Part shown: in pieces, positions 26,289 to 36,496 of the stretch | Layout of the letters: each line of letters starts with the position of its first letter | Position numbering within the stretch: position 1 is the first letter of the stretch | Source of the DNA: Terracidiphilus sp. | GTDB lineage: Bacteria > Acidobacteriota > Terriglobia > Terriglobales > Acidobacteriaceae | Length of the DNA stretch: 64,000 nucleotides | Assembly (NCBI GenBank): GCA_049520075.1 | Contig: JBEKQD010000002.1 | Coordinates: 34,426-98,425 of the forward strand | Direction of reading: 5' to 3' | Program-made: the position numbers and the translations under genes | The notes under the pieces: generated by a model | What the model saw: only the letters and a program-made list of their open reading frames with translations | The model's database searches: none | What the model was told of the DNA's origin: nothing

Positions 26289-27872
26289 TTACCGCGAGCC
26301 GCCGGGGCAGATGTCATGGGGGCAGATGTTCCCCAAGTACTCCCAAATGTAGCTCGTAAGCGTAATGGGCCCGCCGTAAAGACCTACTCCCGATGCCGCG
26401 AACCCGCGCGCGCCCTTTGCTCCTGGCCCGGTGTAAGAGGCCATGTCGGTTTTGATTGTCGCCTCATTCGGAAAAGGCCACAGTGGGGCGGATGTAATCG
26501 TGTCATATCCGGCGTCGCCCCATAGCGTTCCCGACTTGCCAATCGAGTACAGGATCGTCGCGCCGATATTGCCGCCATCCGATGCTGTGCCGATCAGGGG
26601 AGATCCCGCTTCTGCTCGAGTGATGTACTTCAGGTGCGGATTCATTGTTCGGTCGTGTGCGCCCGGCTTGGGCATCGGTCCTTGATAGATATTCGTGCCG
26701 TAGTTCGCCGCGTTCTTGTAGAACACGTTGTAGTCCGAAGTCATGTAGTTGGAGATGCCGAAGGATTCCGCTTGCTGTATTACAGAGTTTGTCGTGGACT
26801 GACTTATAAAGTTTGCTGAATTGCTCTCAGATCCTGTGCCCCAACCGTAACAGCAGTCTTGCGCCTTCCCTGAAATGTCTCCGAAAGTCATATGTTGCGC
26901 CACCAACGTAGGCGTCTCTTTTACGCCTGGGAGGTACCCTGCTTGTAACCCTCCTGCGACGTCCCATACTGCATCGTGATTGTAGGTGTGAGTTCCGCCT
27001 TCCTTTTCATCGTTGATGCCAGCTATCCCCCGCAGATTGAGGAAGATCGACCCATCAACTTCAAGGATGTTCTCCACGAGGCGATTGTTTTCGACCCACA
27101 AGCCGCCCCACAGCTTCCCAGTTGAATTGTCGGCAAACCCGGAGTCAATCGCAATGTCGTTTTGGAGCAAAATGTCGGTCGAATCATAGGACGTAAAGTT
27201 GGCGCACTGCCTCCACCACTGCGAATTCAGATCTTGATAATCATGCCGGGACACGTCTCGACGCAGAATCACATGGTCGGACTGATAGACCTCGAACTTG
27301 TAGCGCCCGCAGCCCCATGCGTGGGAATCTTCTACCAACACATAGCTCGACGCAGGCCCGATGGTGTAGGCGTTTGTATTCTCAGAACACGGAGCATTGA
27401 ACGCCGCTGTCTGTTGAAGTTTTATATGATCCGATGCGTTGATAAACACAGGCTGCGTTTGCGTGCCATTCTGTATAAAACTTGGATTGCCCGCAAACTT
27501 TATACCGACCACTTGAATATAGCTATTCCTGTACATATAAATCGCGCCGTTGGGCTGCGGCGTCAGTTTGCTTGCATCCACAGTCACTCCCCAAGGAGTC
27601 GCTGCTTCGATGACCGTGTAGCACCCTGACCCGCTTGTGTTGCCGTTGTTGTTCGACTGCGGCTTGATCGCGTCGTAGTAGTAGCCGTCTCCCACGATGA
27701 GCGTATCGCAGGGAGCCATCTCGGCCAGCGCGCGAGTAAACGTGGCCCACGGCTTTGACAATGTTCCGGGGTTCGAGTCTGACCCGCCGCCGGCTGCAAT
27801 GTAGTGCGTCTTGGCAAACATCGGGCCATAGGACGCAAGCAATAGCGCAAAAATTGAAAGCGCGCTCCTCAT
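26289..27872 (-). CDS. secreted right-handed beta-helix (pectate-lyase-fold-like) protein
   Basis: Start set at ATG 27872 (GGAGGG 11 nt upstream), giving signal peptide MRSALSIFALLLASYGPMFA. HYIAAGGGSDSNPGTLSKPWATF is the N-terminal cap motif common in beta-helix glycanases. N/G/S/T-rich repetitive turns follow. Confidence 0.55.
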   Translation of the reverse strand: MRSALSIFALLLASYGPMFAKTHYIAAGGGSDSNPGTLSKPWATFTRALAEMAPCDTLIVGDGYYYDAIKPQSNNNGNTSGSGCYTVIEAATPWGVTVDASKLTPQPNGAIYMYRNSYIQVVGIKFAGNPSFIQNGTQTQPVFINASDHIKLQQTAAFNAPCSENTNAYTIGPASSYVLVEDSHAWGCGRYKFEVYQSDHVILRRDVSRHDYQDLNSQWWRQCANFTSYDSTDILLQNDIAIDSGFADNSTGKLWGGLWVENNRLVENILEVDGSIFLNLRGIAGINDEKEGGTHTYNHDAVWDVAGGLQAGYLPGVKETPTLVAQHMTFGDISGKAQDCCYGWGTGSESNSANFISQSTTNSVIQQAESFGISNYMTSDYNVFYKNAANYGTNIYQGPMPKPGAHDRTMNPHLKYITRAEAGSPLIGTASDGGNIGATILYSIGKSGTLWGDAGYDTITSAPLWPFPNEATIKTDMASYTGPGAKGARGFAASGVGLYGGPITLTSYIWEYLGNICPHDICPGGSR

Positions 27873-28131
27873 TGGTTCAGTACCCTCCAATTCGTTTCCA
27901 TTTGGCCGGGATCTCCATTTCGAAAACAGATTAGCAGCACTCCTATGTCTCCCGAGCGAAATTGGGAGGCGCGCCTGGAACTGGCTGTGAAGAAACAAGG
28001 CGATTCTCTACCCCTCGTGCCTCGCCCGGCTTATCGAGAGCCCTCCAAGTCAATTGTTCTGTTTCAGTTAGATACGGGCTACCGTTGCCTCCTCAAATGT
28101 CCAACCCTCGCAAAAGTGCATCTTACGCCAC

Positions 28132-28159
28132 TGAACGAGAGCAGATTTACGGCCGATAG
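28132..28159 (+). promoter_or_regulatory. sigma-28 (FliA)-like promoter candidate S1, upstream of the che operon
   Basis: tGAACGAG-N12-GCCGATAG. The -10 box matches 7/8 of GCCGATAA and ends 95 nt before the STAS ATG. Same geometry as sites S2-S5. Confidence 0.55.
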
Positions 28160-28253
28160 TAGTTTCACTCTAGCAGCCTCACATAGCTAGAGTTCAGTGG
28201 CCTGTGAAGATTCTTCGTCAGGTCAATTCCAGTTAATTGAGACGGAGAGTCGT

Positions 28254-28628
28254 ATGACAAGCGAACCCGAGAATCGTCATGTTAGTCGCGGTAGAGCGAA
28301 GAAAGCCCGCGTCAACAAGAACGAGGCGGAGCCAGATCGGTCACTGGCCCCGATCGATGCCGGGCGTGCGGGAGGCTGGATGCCCCCTGAAGACTTGCGC
28401 GAGGCAGCGTTGGTTGCTTCGTCTGCAAGTGGCGATGTGGCCGTCAATCTTCAAGGAATCGATCATCTGGACGCAAGCGCGTTACAGGTCCTGCTGGCGC
28501 TTGACGCTGCAGAAAAGACGCGCAATCACAATCTTCTATTGACCAACGTCTCTCCGCTCTTGCGGCAGTGGTTTGATTTTGCTGGAGTGGTTGACCTTCA
28601 TTTCCCTGACCGAGCGGAGCAGCAATGA
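28254..28628 (+). CDS. STAS-domain protein (anti-sigma-factor-antagonist-like)
   Basis: C-terminal half VAVNLQGIDHLDASALQVLLALDAAEKTRNHNLLLTNVSPLLRQWFDFAG fits STAS (D-x-S region, L..v...l...l...G). Start at ATG 28254 with GGAG 6 nt upstream. ATGA overlap with the next gene. Confidence 0.65.
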   Translation: MTSEPENRHVSRGRAKKARVNKNEAEPDRSLAPIDAGRAGGWMPPEDLREAALVASSASGDVAVNLQGIDHLDASALQVLLALDAAEKTRNHNLLLTNVSPLLRQWFDFAGVVDLHFPDRAEQQ

Positions 28629-29647
28629 ATAGTTCTGCACAGAACCAACAGGGCGGAACCTTGTTGAGCATGTCTCAGGGCATAGCCGAGGAAGGCGCGA
28701 GGGAGAGGTCGGGCGTAGAGGCCGAACTCGCCCAGTACTTGCCACACCTCAGCCGGATGAGCGCGCAACTGAAGCAGACATCGACGCAAATCGAGAGTTC
28801 CGTCGTGGGTATTTGCGACAGCTTTCAAGGAATTGCGGAGCGCGCAAGGTTGACTGTGTCTCGCACGACGGGGTTTCTAGGCGGCAACGACAGCAGTGCT
28901 TCTAGCAAACAGTCGTTCGAGAGCCTGATCCAGAACTGTTCAGGCACCCTTTTCGAGATCATGAGTACCACAGAGGAAGCCGGCGAGGTCTCGCGGCGCG
29001 CGATCCACCGAATCGACCAAATGGATCAGGCTTCGCAGATGATCGGTGCTGCGCTTTTGAAGTTGGAGCAAATTGCCCATGAAAACAAAATGCTGGCGAT
29101 GAATGCCCGTATCGAAGCGGCGCACGCCGGAATTCACGGAGCAGGATTTGCTGTAGTTGCGGTCGAAGTTGTGTCCCAGACAGAAAGAGCACAAGAAGTG
29201 ACTGCGCAGGTTGGCGATCTGATCACCAACCTGCGGGCGCTCGCTGGATCGACTTTGGAAGACTTGCGGCGGAAGAACGAGCAGGATTCCAAGCGAGTGG
29301 AAAAATCCAGGCACGATGTAGAGGGCGCGCTTCGCGATATGCAGGATGTTCATGCCGAGATGGAAAAGATGCTGATCGTGATGTCCGAGGAGGGTGATCT
29401 CCTCGCGAACGACATTGGAGCAGCCGTGCGCGGCCTGCAGTTCCAGGATCGGACTAGTCAACAGATTGCCCATGTTGTGGAAGACCTGGACACCCTACAT
29501 ACGAAGCTGACCACCCGTTTTGGCGCCGGGGCAGTTGGAGACACCGTTTCAAATGAAGGCTTCAGCGAGTATACGATGCGCGAGGAGCGTCAAGTTGCTG
29601 GTATGGACGATACGGAATCCGGGGCCGGACATGTTGAACTGTTTTGA
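28625..29647 (+). CDS. soluble methyl-accepting chemotaxis-like protein (signalling domain only, divergent hairpin tip)
   Basis: 340 aa, no TM segment. KMLAMNARIEAAHAGIHGAGFAVVAVEVVSQTERAQ aligns with the MCP tip consensus [33 protein letters not shown], but several invariant residues differ. Confidence 0.65.
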   Translation: MNSSAQNQQGGTLLSMSQGIAEEGARERSGVEAELAQYLPHLSRMSAQLKQTSTQIESSVVGICDSFQGIAERARLTVSRTTGFLGGNDSSASSKQSFESLIQNCSGTLFEIMSTTEEAGEVSRRAIHRIDQMDQASQMIGAALLKLEQIAHENKMLAMNARIEAAHAGIHGAGFAVVAVEVVSQTERAQEVTAQVGDLITNLRALAGSTLEDLRRKNEQDSKRVEKSRHDVEGALRDMQDVHAEMEKMLIVMSEEGDLLANDIGAAVRGLQFQDRTSQQIAHVVEDLDTLHTKLTTRFGAGAVGDTVSNEGFSEYTMREERQVAGMDDTESGAGHVELF

Positions 29648-29693
29648 CTGAAATGCAGAAAGAAAATGCTGCAAACCTCAGAAGGAGGGCACG

Positions 29694-30056
29694 GTGCAAA
29701 GAGTACTAATTGTCGACGACTCGGTTTCCATGCGGCAAATGGTCGGCTATACGCTGCGGCAGGGCGGCTATGAGGTCGTTGAAGCCGAGCACGGCGCAGA
29801 TGCGCTGAAAAAGCTCACTGGCGTGTCGGTTGACCTGATCATTACCGACCTGAATATGCCCGTGATGGACGGCATCACCCTGATTCAGAACGTGCGTAGC
29901 CAACCTGCCATGAAGTCGAAGCCCATTTTAATGCTGACCACCGAGGGGCTCGCGGCTAAGAAGGAACAGGGAAAGGCGGCCGGCGCAACAGGGTGGCTCG
30001 TAAAGCCTTTCGACCCAGAGAAACTGCTGCAAACCGTAGCCAAGGTTCTGCCATAA
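29694..30056 (+). CDS. cheY: chemotaxis response regulator CheY
   Basis: 120 aa single REC domain: VLIVDDS, DLIITDLNMPVMDG, LMLTTEG, WLVKPF. GTG start preceded by GAAGGAGG. Confidence 0.9.
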   Translation: MQRVLIVDDSVSMRQMVGYTLRQGGYEVVEAEHGADALKKLTGVSVDLIITDLNMPVMDGITLIQNVRSQPAMKSKPILMLTTEGLAAKKEQGKAAGATGWLVKPFDPEKLLQTVAKVLP

Positions 30057-30060
30057 AATC

Positions 30061-32217
30061 ATGAAAATCGACCTCAGTCAATTTCGCCAAACATTTCTCC
30101 AGGAGAGCGTGGACCATATCGCTTCCATGGAAACCGGTCTTCTTGAACTTCGGTCGGCTCCTGCCGACGTCGAGTTGCTCGATAGCATCTTCCGCGCGGC
30201 TCACTCAATCAAGGGAGGGGCTGGGTCGTTTGGGATGACGAACCTCGTCCGGTTCACTCACTCCCTTGAGAATCTGCTGGATCGGCTTCGGTCGTTGGAG
30301 ATGCAAGCAACCGACAAGGTAATCGATATCCTGCTCTGCTCGGTGGATGTGCTTCGCGAATTGCTTGGCGCTGATGCTGATGCGGCAATGCCCGCCGCGG
30401 CGCTGGAACTCGATGAGCACATCAAGGCGCTGATGCCCAGTGAAACTGGCCCGGCGAAGGCTGCGCCTGAAAAGGCGCCCGAGTTGGTCGCGGAAACGCA
30501 AAAGATGATGCTGTACAAAGTCGAGTTTTGCCCCGACCGGGAGCTCTTTTCGAGCGGTACCAACCCGATTGTGCTGTTGCGTAATCTTGCTGCATTGGGA
30601 ACCGTGAGTTGCTGCCATCTTCATTGTGAAGAGTTGCCCGCGCTGGCGGATCTCGATCCATCGCAGTGCTACCTGAGCTGGACAGTTGAACTGGCCAGCG
30701 CTAAAGAAGAAGCAGAACTGCGCGAAGTATTTGAGTTTGTTGAGCATCTGGCAGAGATTCGCATTTCTTGCTCGGACGCACAGCCGCAGCCCGGGTCCAT
30801 TTTGACTCAGAATTCAACGGTAGAGCCGGTTATCGCAGATTCGTCCTCACCGAATGGCCTATCCTCGTCTGCTGAACGCCGCAAGTCGCCAGACGCGGAT
30901 CGCCGTCAAGTTGCAGATCGCCGTCAATCGTCAGCGAAGCCAACGGCCAGCGGTGACTCTGGTTCAATCCGTGTGGCGACCGATAAGGTCGACAAGCTGA
31001 TCGATCTGGTTGGCGAACTGGTGATCGCGCACGTAATGACTGCGCAGATGGTAGAAGACTTTGAACCATCATGCCTGCCCCGGCTGCGCGAGGCTGTTGC
31101 AGCCATGGAACGCAATACCCGCGAGTTGCATGAACGTGTGATGGGGATTCGCATGTTGCCGGTGGGTACGCTGTTCTCGAGATACACGCGCACTGTGTAC
31201 GACATCGCACAATCCACAGGCAAGCAGATTCGCCTGGAAATGCACGGTGAAGAGACCGAGATCGACAAGAGCATGTTGGAATTGCTCGCCGACCCATTGA
31301 CGCACCTGATTCGCAACGCTGCGGACCATGGCATCGAGAATGCGGAAGCCCGCAACGCGGCAGTCAAACCCGAGGAGGGTGTCATTTCTCTGAGGGCTTT
31401 CCACCGCTCGGGCAGAATTGTGGTCGAGATCTCCGACGATGGAGCTGGAATCGATACGGACTGCGTGCGCCGCAAGGCGATCGAGCGCGGACTGATTGGC
31501 TCCGATACGCAGATGAGTGACGAACAACTCCAGATGCTGATCTTTGAGCCTGGCTTCTCCACCCGGGAAGAAGTTAGCGACCTGTCTGGGCGCGGCGTAG
31601 GGATGGACGTGGTCAAGCGGAACGTCCAGCAGATGAATGGCACGGTCACGCTGGTCAGCGAAAAAGGACACGGGTCTACTGTATCCATCGAACTGCCGCT
31701 TACGCTGGCCATTCTTGAAGGACTCCTGGTGCGTGTGAGTGACCGCACTCTGGTGCTACCGCTCTTGTCGGTGATTGAAACCGTACCTTTGCGCCACGAA
31801 CAGATTGTGCGGGTAGCCGAAAAAGGCGAGGTCGTCATGATCCGCAATGAATCCGTTCCGCTGCTGCGCTTGTCCAGGTTCCTCGGCATCGCGCCGCACG
31901 CAGCGGAGGCTGATGCCGCCAAAGAAAACGCAAACCTTCGTCGTCTGGCTGTAATTGTGCAGTCCGGCCAGAAAAAAATCGGCCTGGTGGTCGATGAATT
32001 GCTCGGGCAGCAGCAGGTCGTTGTTAAGAGCCTTGAACGGAATCTGCGTAGAATCGATGGCTTGATGGGCGCAACCATCCTGGGTGACGGCTGTGTCGCT
32101 CCCATCGTCGATGTTACTGCTATCGGCGCACTGAATCTGTTTTCGCTTCAAGCTTCAGACAAAGTGTTACCGCATATTGCGGCATCCGTTCGAGCTGCAG
32201 GGGCAGCTTCAATCTAA
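30061..32217 (+). CDS. cheA: chemotaxis histidine kinase CheA
   Basis: HPt box [15 protein letters not shown], dimerisation segment, HATPase N/G boxes ([26 protein letters not shown]) and a C-terminal CheW-like domain. Confidence 0.95.
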   Translation: MKIDLSQFRQTFLQESVDHIASMETGLLELRSAPADVELLDSIFRAAHSIKGGAGSFGMTNLVRFTHSLENLLDRLRSLEMQATDKVIDILLCSVDVLRELLGADADAAMPAAALELDEHIKALMPSETGPAKAAPEKAPELVAETQKMMLYKVEFCPDRELFSSGTNPIVLLRNLAALGTVSCCHLHCEELPALADLDPSQCYLSWTVELASAKEEAELREVFEFVEHLAEIRISCSDAQPQPGSILTQNSTVEPVIADSSSPNGLSSSAERRKSPDADRRQVADRRQSSAKPTASGDSGSIRVATDKVDKLIDLVGELVIAHVMTAQMVEDFEPSCLPRLREAVAAMERNTRELHERVMGIRMLPVGTLFSRYTRTVYDIAQSTGKQIRLEMHGEETEIDKSMLELLADPLTHLIRNAADHGIENAEARNAAVKPEEGVISLRAFHRSGRIVVEISDDGAGIDTDCVRRKAIERGLIGSDTQMSDEQLQMLIFEPGFSTREEVSDLSGRGVGMDVVKRNVQQMNGTVTLVSEKGHGSTVSIELPLTLAILEGLLVRVSDRTLVLPLLSVIETVPLRHEQIVRVAEKGEVVMIRNESVPLLRLSRFLGIAPHAAEADAAKENANLRRLAVIVQSGQKKIGLVVDELLGQQQVVVKSLERNLRRIDGLMGATILGDGCVAPIVDVTAIGALNLFSLQASDKVLPHIAASVRAAGAASI

Positions 32218-32240
32218 GAAAAGAAAATGGAGTGCGACAC

Positions 32241-34046
32241 ATGAACTGGTTTAAGAATCTCAATGCTACGCCCCGTCTAATGAGCAGCTTCGGCGTCTTA
32301 CTGGTGCTGACCATGGGCATCAGCTATCTGGCCATCGACAACCTGAGCAAGGCCAACGAGCGCGTCGATTTCCTGTACCACAAGGATATGGTCGGATCAA
32401 CCCACGCAGACGGAATCACGATCAACGTGACCACAATCAGGGGTGACGATCTGAATGCGATTTATCGCGCCTCTGACGCAGCGGCGGTCGCCTCCTCTGA
32501 AAAGGATGAAATCGCCACGATGGCGGAACTCCACGCCAATCTGGATGCGGCCGACAAACTGTTTTTGACACCGAAGGGGATGGAGCAACTGGGCATTATT
32601 CGCAAGGCATTGCCAGACTATGAGCGTGCGCAGTCGGATCTATTTCGCTCCATCAAGGCCAGGGATATAGGCGCGGCTGATGCTGCACTTGCGTCGGCGG
32701 TGCAGTATCGGTCTGTAATTCTCGGAGCCAGCGATGTTGCGAGGACACTTAAGACGGATCATGCGGAAGAGCAATTTCAGTCGAACGGTGTAGCCTATCA
32801 GGCTGCACGTACCGCGATGATCTCAGCGTGTATTCTCTCGCTGGTGCTCGGGGTAATCTTAAGCATTGTCATTGCCCGCGGATTTTCAGTGCCCTTGGGA
32901 CATGCCGTAATGGTGCTGGAGCGAATTGCCGATGGCGATCTGACCGTTAGGTCAGATGTGCATACCAAAGACGAAGTCGGGCGGATGGCTTTGGCGCTGA
33001 ACAGAGCGGTGGAAAAGTTAGATAGCACCTTGCAAGAGGTGGCCGACAGCGCTGCCAATGCAAGCGCTTCGGCGCAGGAACTCGCTGCCGCATCCGAAGC
33101 CATTGCTTCGGGTGCACAGGAGCAGGCAGCTAGCCTGGAGGAGACTTCAGCCAGCTTGGAAGAGATCACCGCGACGGTACGGCAGACAGCCGACAACGCC
33201 AACCAGGCCAGCCAACTCGCGGCCGGGTCAAAGGACTCCGCTTTACAGGGGCAGGAAGTGGTCTCAAACGCGATCACCGCAATGTCGGAGATCAACGCCG
33301 CCTCAGCCAAGATTTCAGACATTATCTCGACCATAGATGAGATCGCCTTCCAAACCAATCTCTTGGCCGTCAATGCTGCGGTAGAAGCGGCGCGAGCCGG
33401 CGACGAGGGACGTGGCTTTGCCGTGGTGGCTTCCGAAGTACGCAGCCTGGCGCAGAGAAGCGCGGTCGCGGCAAAGGAAATCAAGGTTCTGATTCAGGAT
33501 TCGTTGCGGAAGGTGGATGCCGGATCGGTGCTCGTCAATCGTTCAGGCGAGACGCTGCAAGGCATCGTGGGTTCAGTAAAGCGGGTAACCGATATCGTTG
33601 GCGAGATCGCTGCAGCCAGTGGAGAGCAGAGTACCGGCGTTGAGCAAGTGAACACTGCAATGACGCAGATGGATCAGGTGACACAGTCAAACTCCGCACA
33701 GACAGAAGAGCTATCGGCGACGGCTGAATCACTCTCTGAGCAGGCTGCGCATTTGCTGGAATTAGTCAGCATCTTCACTCTCAGCCAGGGCGGGAAAAAC
33801 CAATGGGAACGCCAGGCATCCCAACCTCATACGGCGAATCAACCGAAATCTGCACATCAACCAAGCCCGGCGCTGCATGCGAACTCGGGAGCGCGCCCGG
33901 CCGCCAAGATAGTTCGAAGCAGCGTGGCGACAAAGTCTAATTCGAACGCTCATGGCAATAAGCGGATCAAGAGCCTTGAGCCCGCTCTTGCGCTCGCGGT
34001 GCCGAGTGGACCAGCTGCAAACGATTCCAGCTTCCAGGAGTTCTGA
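32241..34046 (+). CDS. methyl-accepting chemotaxis protein (4-helix-bundle sensor, HAMP, MA domain)
   Basis: [32 protein letters not shown]..., second TM, HAMP, tip [41 protein letters not shown]. Ends in SFQEF after a long flexible tail. ATG 32241 has GGAG 8 nt upstream. Confidence 0.9.
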   Translation: MNWFKNLNATPRLMSSFGVLLVLTMGISYLAIDNLSKANERVDFLYHKDMVGSTHADGITINVTTIRGDDLNAIYRASDAAAVASSEKDEIATMAELHANLDAADKLFLTPKGMEQLGIIRKALPDYERAQSDLFRSIKARDIGAADAALASAVQYRSVILGASDVARTLKTDHAEEQFQSNGVAYQAARTAMISACILSLVLGVILSIVIARGFSVPLGHAVMVLERIADGDLTVRSDVHTKDEVGRMALALNRAVEKLDSTLQEVADSAANASASAQELAAASEAIASGAQEQAASLEETSASLEEITATVRQTADNANQASQLAAGSKDSALQGQEVVSNAITAMSEINAASAKISDIISTIDEIAFQTNLLAVNAAVEAARAGDEGRGFAVVASEVRSLAQRSAVAAKEIKVLIQDSLRKVDAGSVLVNRSGETLQGIVGSVKRVTDIVGEIAAASGEQSTGVEQVNTAMTQMDQVTQSNSAQTEELSATAESLSEQAAHLLELVSIFTLSQGGKNQWERQASQPHTANQPKSAHQPSPALHANSGARPAAKIVRSSVATKSNSNAHGNKRIKSLEPALALAVPSGPAANDSSFQEF

Positions 34047-34131
34047 GACGAGGACGAAGGCGGCATCAGGACTCACCCCCGGTGACGCCTCAACACCGCG
34101 CAGACGCGCAGCATGCAGAAAAGGGATAGCA

Positions 34132-34614
34132 ATGAAACCAGTGATTGCAAAACAAGTTCAAGAGTCGCAGCAGTTCCTCACGTTCCTGCTCGACGAACAG
34201 GAATATGGGCTGGAGATCTTCAAAATCCGTGAAATCCGCGGGTACGCGCCCGTAACTCCCATTCCCAACGTCCCACAACATGTGCGGGGCGTAATGAACC
34301 TGCGCGGCACAGTCTTGCCCGTCGTCGATCTGCGTATGAAGTTTGGTATGCCGGCGGTGGAATACAACAAGTTCACTGTCATCGTGATTGCGACAGTGGG
34401 CGAAAAGACCGTTGGACTATTGGTGGATGCGGTCTCCGATGTTCTGATGGTCGCCAACGATGCCATGCGCGAGGCGCCTGACTTCGGTACGTCCGTCGAT
34501 ACTCGATTCATCAACGGTGTTTTCGAATCACGGGAGCGCTTGACAGTCGCGTTGAATCTGGAAGAACTCCTGACCGACTCTGAGCTTGCGCTGCCGCAAT
34601 CCATCGCGGCGTAG
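34132..34614 (+). CDS. cheW: chemotaxis coupling protein CheW
   Basis: 160 aa from ATG 34132: QFLTFLLDEQEYGLEIFKIREIRGY...VRGVMNLRGTVLPVVDLR...VGLLVDAVSDV, canonical CheW. Confidence 0.9.
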   Translation: MKPVIAKQVQESQQFLTFLLDEQEYGLEIFKIREIRGYAPVTPIPNVPQHVRGVMNLRGTVLPVVDLRMKFGMPAVEYNKFTVIVIATVGEKTVGLLVDAVSDVLMVANDAMREAPDFGTSVDTRFINGVFESRERLTVALNLEELLTDSELALPQSIAA

Positions 34615-34674
34615 CGCTTGGAGACTTGCGGGGATAGAAGAGACCGAGAAGTATTTCGAGAAAAGGAACCGCTA

Positions 34675-36402
34675 ATGAATTGGTTTAAGAATCTCAACGC
34701 AATGCCCAGGCTAATGAGCAGCTTTGGCGTATTGCTGGCGCTGACCATAGGCATCAGCTACCTGGCCATCAGAGACCTGAGCGAAGGCAACGACCGCATT
34801 GGAGCGCTCTATCAAGAGGACATGACGGGCGCAATGAGCATCATGGACATCAACTATGAGCGAGCCATGAACGGCCGCTCGGTGCGCGATGCCATGCTGC
34901 ACATCAATGAGCCAGCGCTGGTTGCGGAGAACGAAAAGAACTCGTTTGAGTACATTGGTAAAATGCGGTCCGACATTGAAATGGCGGAAAAGGGAGCCCG
35001 TTCCAAGGAGAGCCAGGATGTGCTGGCCATCATGCGCGATGAGTTGCCGGGGTATGAGAAGGGGCACCATGATATTTATCAGCACATTGAGGCCAGGGAT
35101 CTTGCCGGCACTCAAGCCGCTCTGACCTCGGTGACCGAATCCGCCAAGCCGCTCTTCGATGCGGCTGCGAAAGCCATCGATATCAAGAAGAGTCACGCGC
35201 AAGAGAAGTTTGACGTGAGCAATACCTCCTATCAATCGGCGCGCACCTTGATGGTCAGCGCGATTGGCATTTCACTGCTGCTGGGGATCATCCTCAGCAT
35301 CTTCATTGCTCGCAGCTTCTCAGTGCCGCTAGGGCAAGCAGTGGTTGCACTGGAAAGGGTTGCCGGCGGCGACTTGACCGCATCTCTCAATGTGGGGACG
35401 CATGATGAAGTAGGCAGGATGGCCACGGCACTGAACGGTGCAGTGGAACGCTTGAATTCCACCATGCAGGAAGTGGCCGACAATGCCGCCAATGCGAGCT
35501 CATCCTCCCAGCAGTTGGCTGCTGCCTCAGAAGCCATCGCCTCAGGCGCGCAAGAACAGGCAGCGAGTCTGGAGGAGACATCGTCGAGCCTGGAACAGAT
35601 TTCCGCGGCCGTTCGTATGAGCGCGGAGAATGCCTTGAAGGCCAGCGACCTTGCCTCGGGCTCACGGCAATCCGCCGATCGTGGCCAGGAGAGCACGAGC
35701 GCCGTCGCCGCAATGGCGGACATAAGCGCCGCTTCTGCAAAGATTTCCGACATCATTTCCACGGTCGATGAAATTGCCTTTCAGACTAATCTGCTCGCGG
35801 TAAACGCGGCAGTCGAGGCGGCTCGGGCGGGCGATGAGGGGCGCGGTTTCGCAGTGGTGGCTTCTGAGGTACGCAGCCTGGCGCAGAGGAGCGCCAGTGC
35901 GGCGAAGGAAATCAAAGGCCTGATTCAGGATTCCCTGCGCAAGGTCGACCGTGGTTCGGAGTTGGTCAATCGAGTGACAAAACTGGTGGGCGAAATTGCA
36001 CACACCTCTGCTGAGCAGAGCGCCGGCATCGAACAGGTGAACACCGCAATGACACAGATGGACCAGGTGACACAATCGAACTCCGCTCAGACCGAAGAGC
36101 TTTCGGCAACTGCGGAGTCGTTGTCCGAACAGGCCGCACACCTGTTGGAGTTGATAAGCACTTTTACTCTAAGCGCAGGCGGGAAACATCAACAGGACCG
36201 AAGCCTCTTACTAAATCCGATCTCGACGCTTCACCCCAGTTCGGATCGGCAGCAATCGGCAGGAAACATTCGCAACAGGGGAGCGGCAAAGTGGGGCTCG
36301 AACCCTCGCGGCAGCAAGCTGCCCAAGAATGGGAAGCCCGTTCAGGCGGTGACCGTTCCAAGCAAGCCGGTTCTAGCAGATGCCAGCTTCGAGGAATTTT
36401 AA
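34675..36402 (+). CDS. methyl-accepting chemotaxis protein, paralogue of 32241-34046
   Basis: [32 protein letters not shown]...; identical tip sequence to the first MCP. Ends in SFEEF. Lacks 14 codons present in the paralogue's descending arm. Confidence 0.9.
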   Translation: MNWFKNLNAMPRLMSSFGVLLALTIGISYLAIRDLSEGNDRIGALYQEDMTGAMSIMDINYERAMNGRSVRDAMLHINEPALVAENEKNSFEYIGKMRSDIEMAEKGARSKESQDVLAIMRDELPGYEKGHHDIYQHIEARDLAGTQAALTSVTESAKPLFDAAAKAIDIKKSHAQEKFDVSNTSYQSARTLMVSAIGISLLLGIILSIFIARSFSVPLGQAVVALERVAGGDLTASLNVGTHDEVGRMATALNGAVERLNSTMQEVADNAANASSSSQQLAAASEAIASGAQEQAASLEETSSSLEQISAAVRMSAENALKASDLASGSRQSADRGQESTSAVAAMADISAASAKISDIISTVDEIAFQTNLLAVNAAVEAARAGDEGRGFAVVASEVRSLAQRSASAAKEIKGLIQDSLRKVDRGSELVNRVTKLVGEIAHTSAEQSAGIEQVNTAMTQMDQVTQSNSAQTEELSATAESLSEQAAHLLELISTFTLSAGGKHQQDRSLLLNPISTLHPSSDRQQSAGNIRNRGAAKWGSNPRGSKLPKNGKPVQAVTVPSKPVLADASFEEF

Positions 36403-36496
36403 GACGCCAGTCGGTGCAGGTGCGAAAGAGACTGGAAAACATTCAGTGGGAGGACGACAATTGCAAGCAGCAACAACAGCAAACTCGGTCTTCCAC

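Noticed and set aside
30924-32105. 393-aa minus-strand ORF
   Set aside because: Antisense to cheA. S/R/T-rich low-complexity translation. Shadow ORF.
32120-32127. GCCGATAG 8-mers on the minus strand inside coding regions (32120-32127 in cheA, 33711-33718 in MCP1, 59138-59145 in fliK) and GCCGATAC at 4107-4114
   Set aside because: They lie inside genes or have no downstream gene in the right orientation, and have no matching upstream box. They are taken as chance occurrences and used as a caution for the promoter finding.
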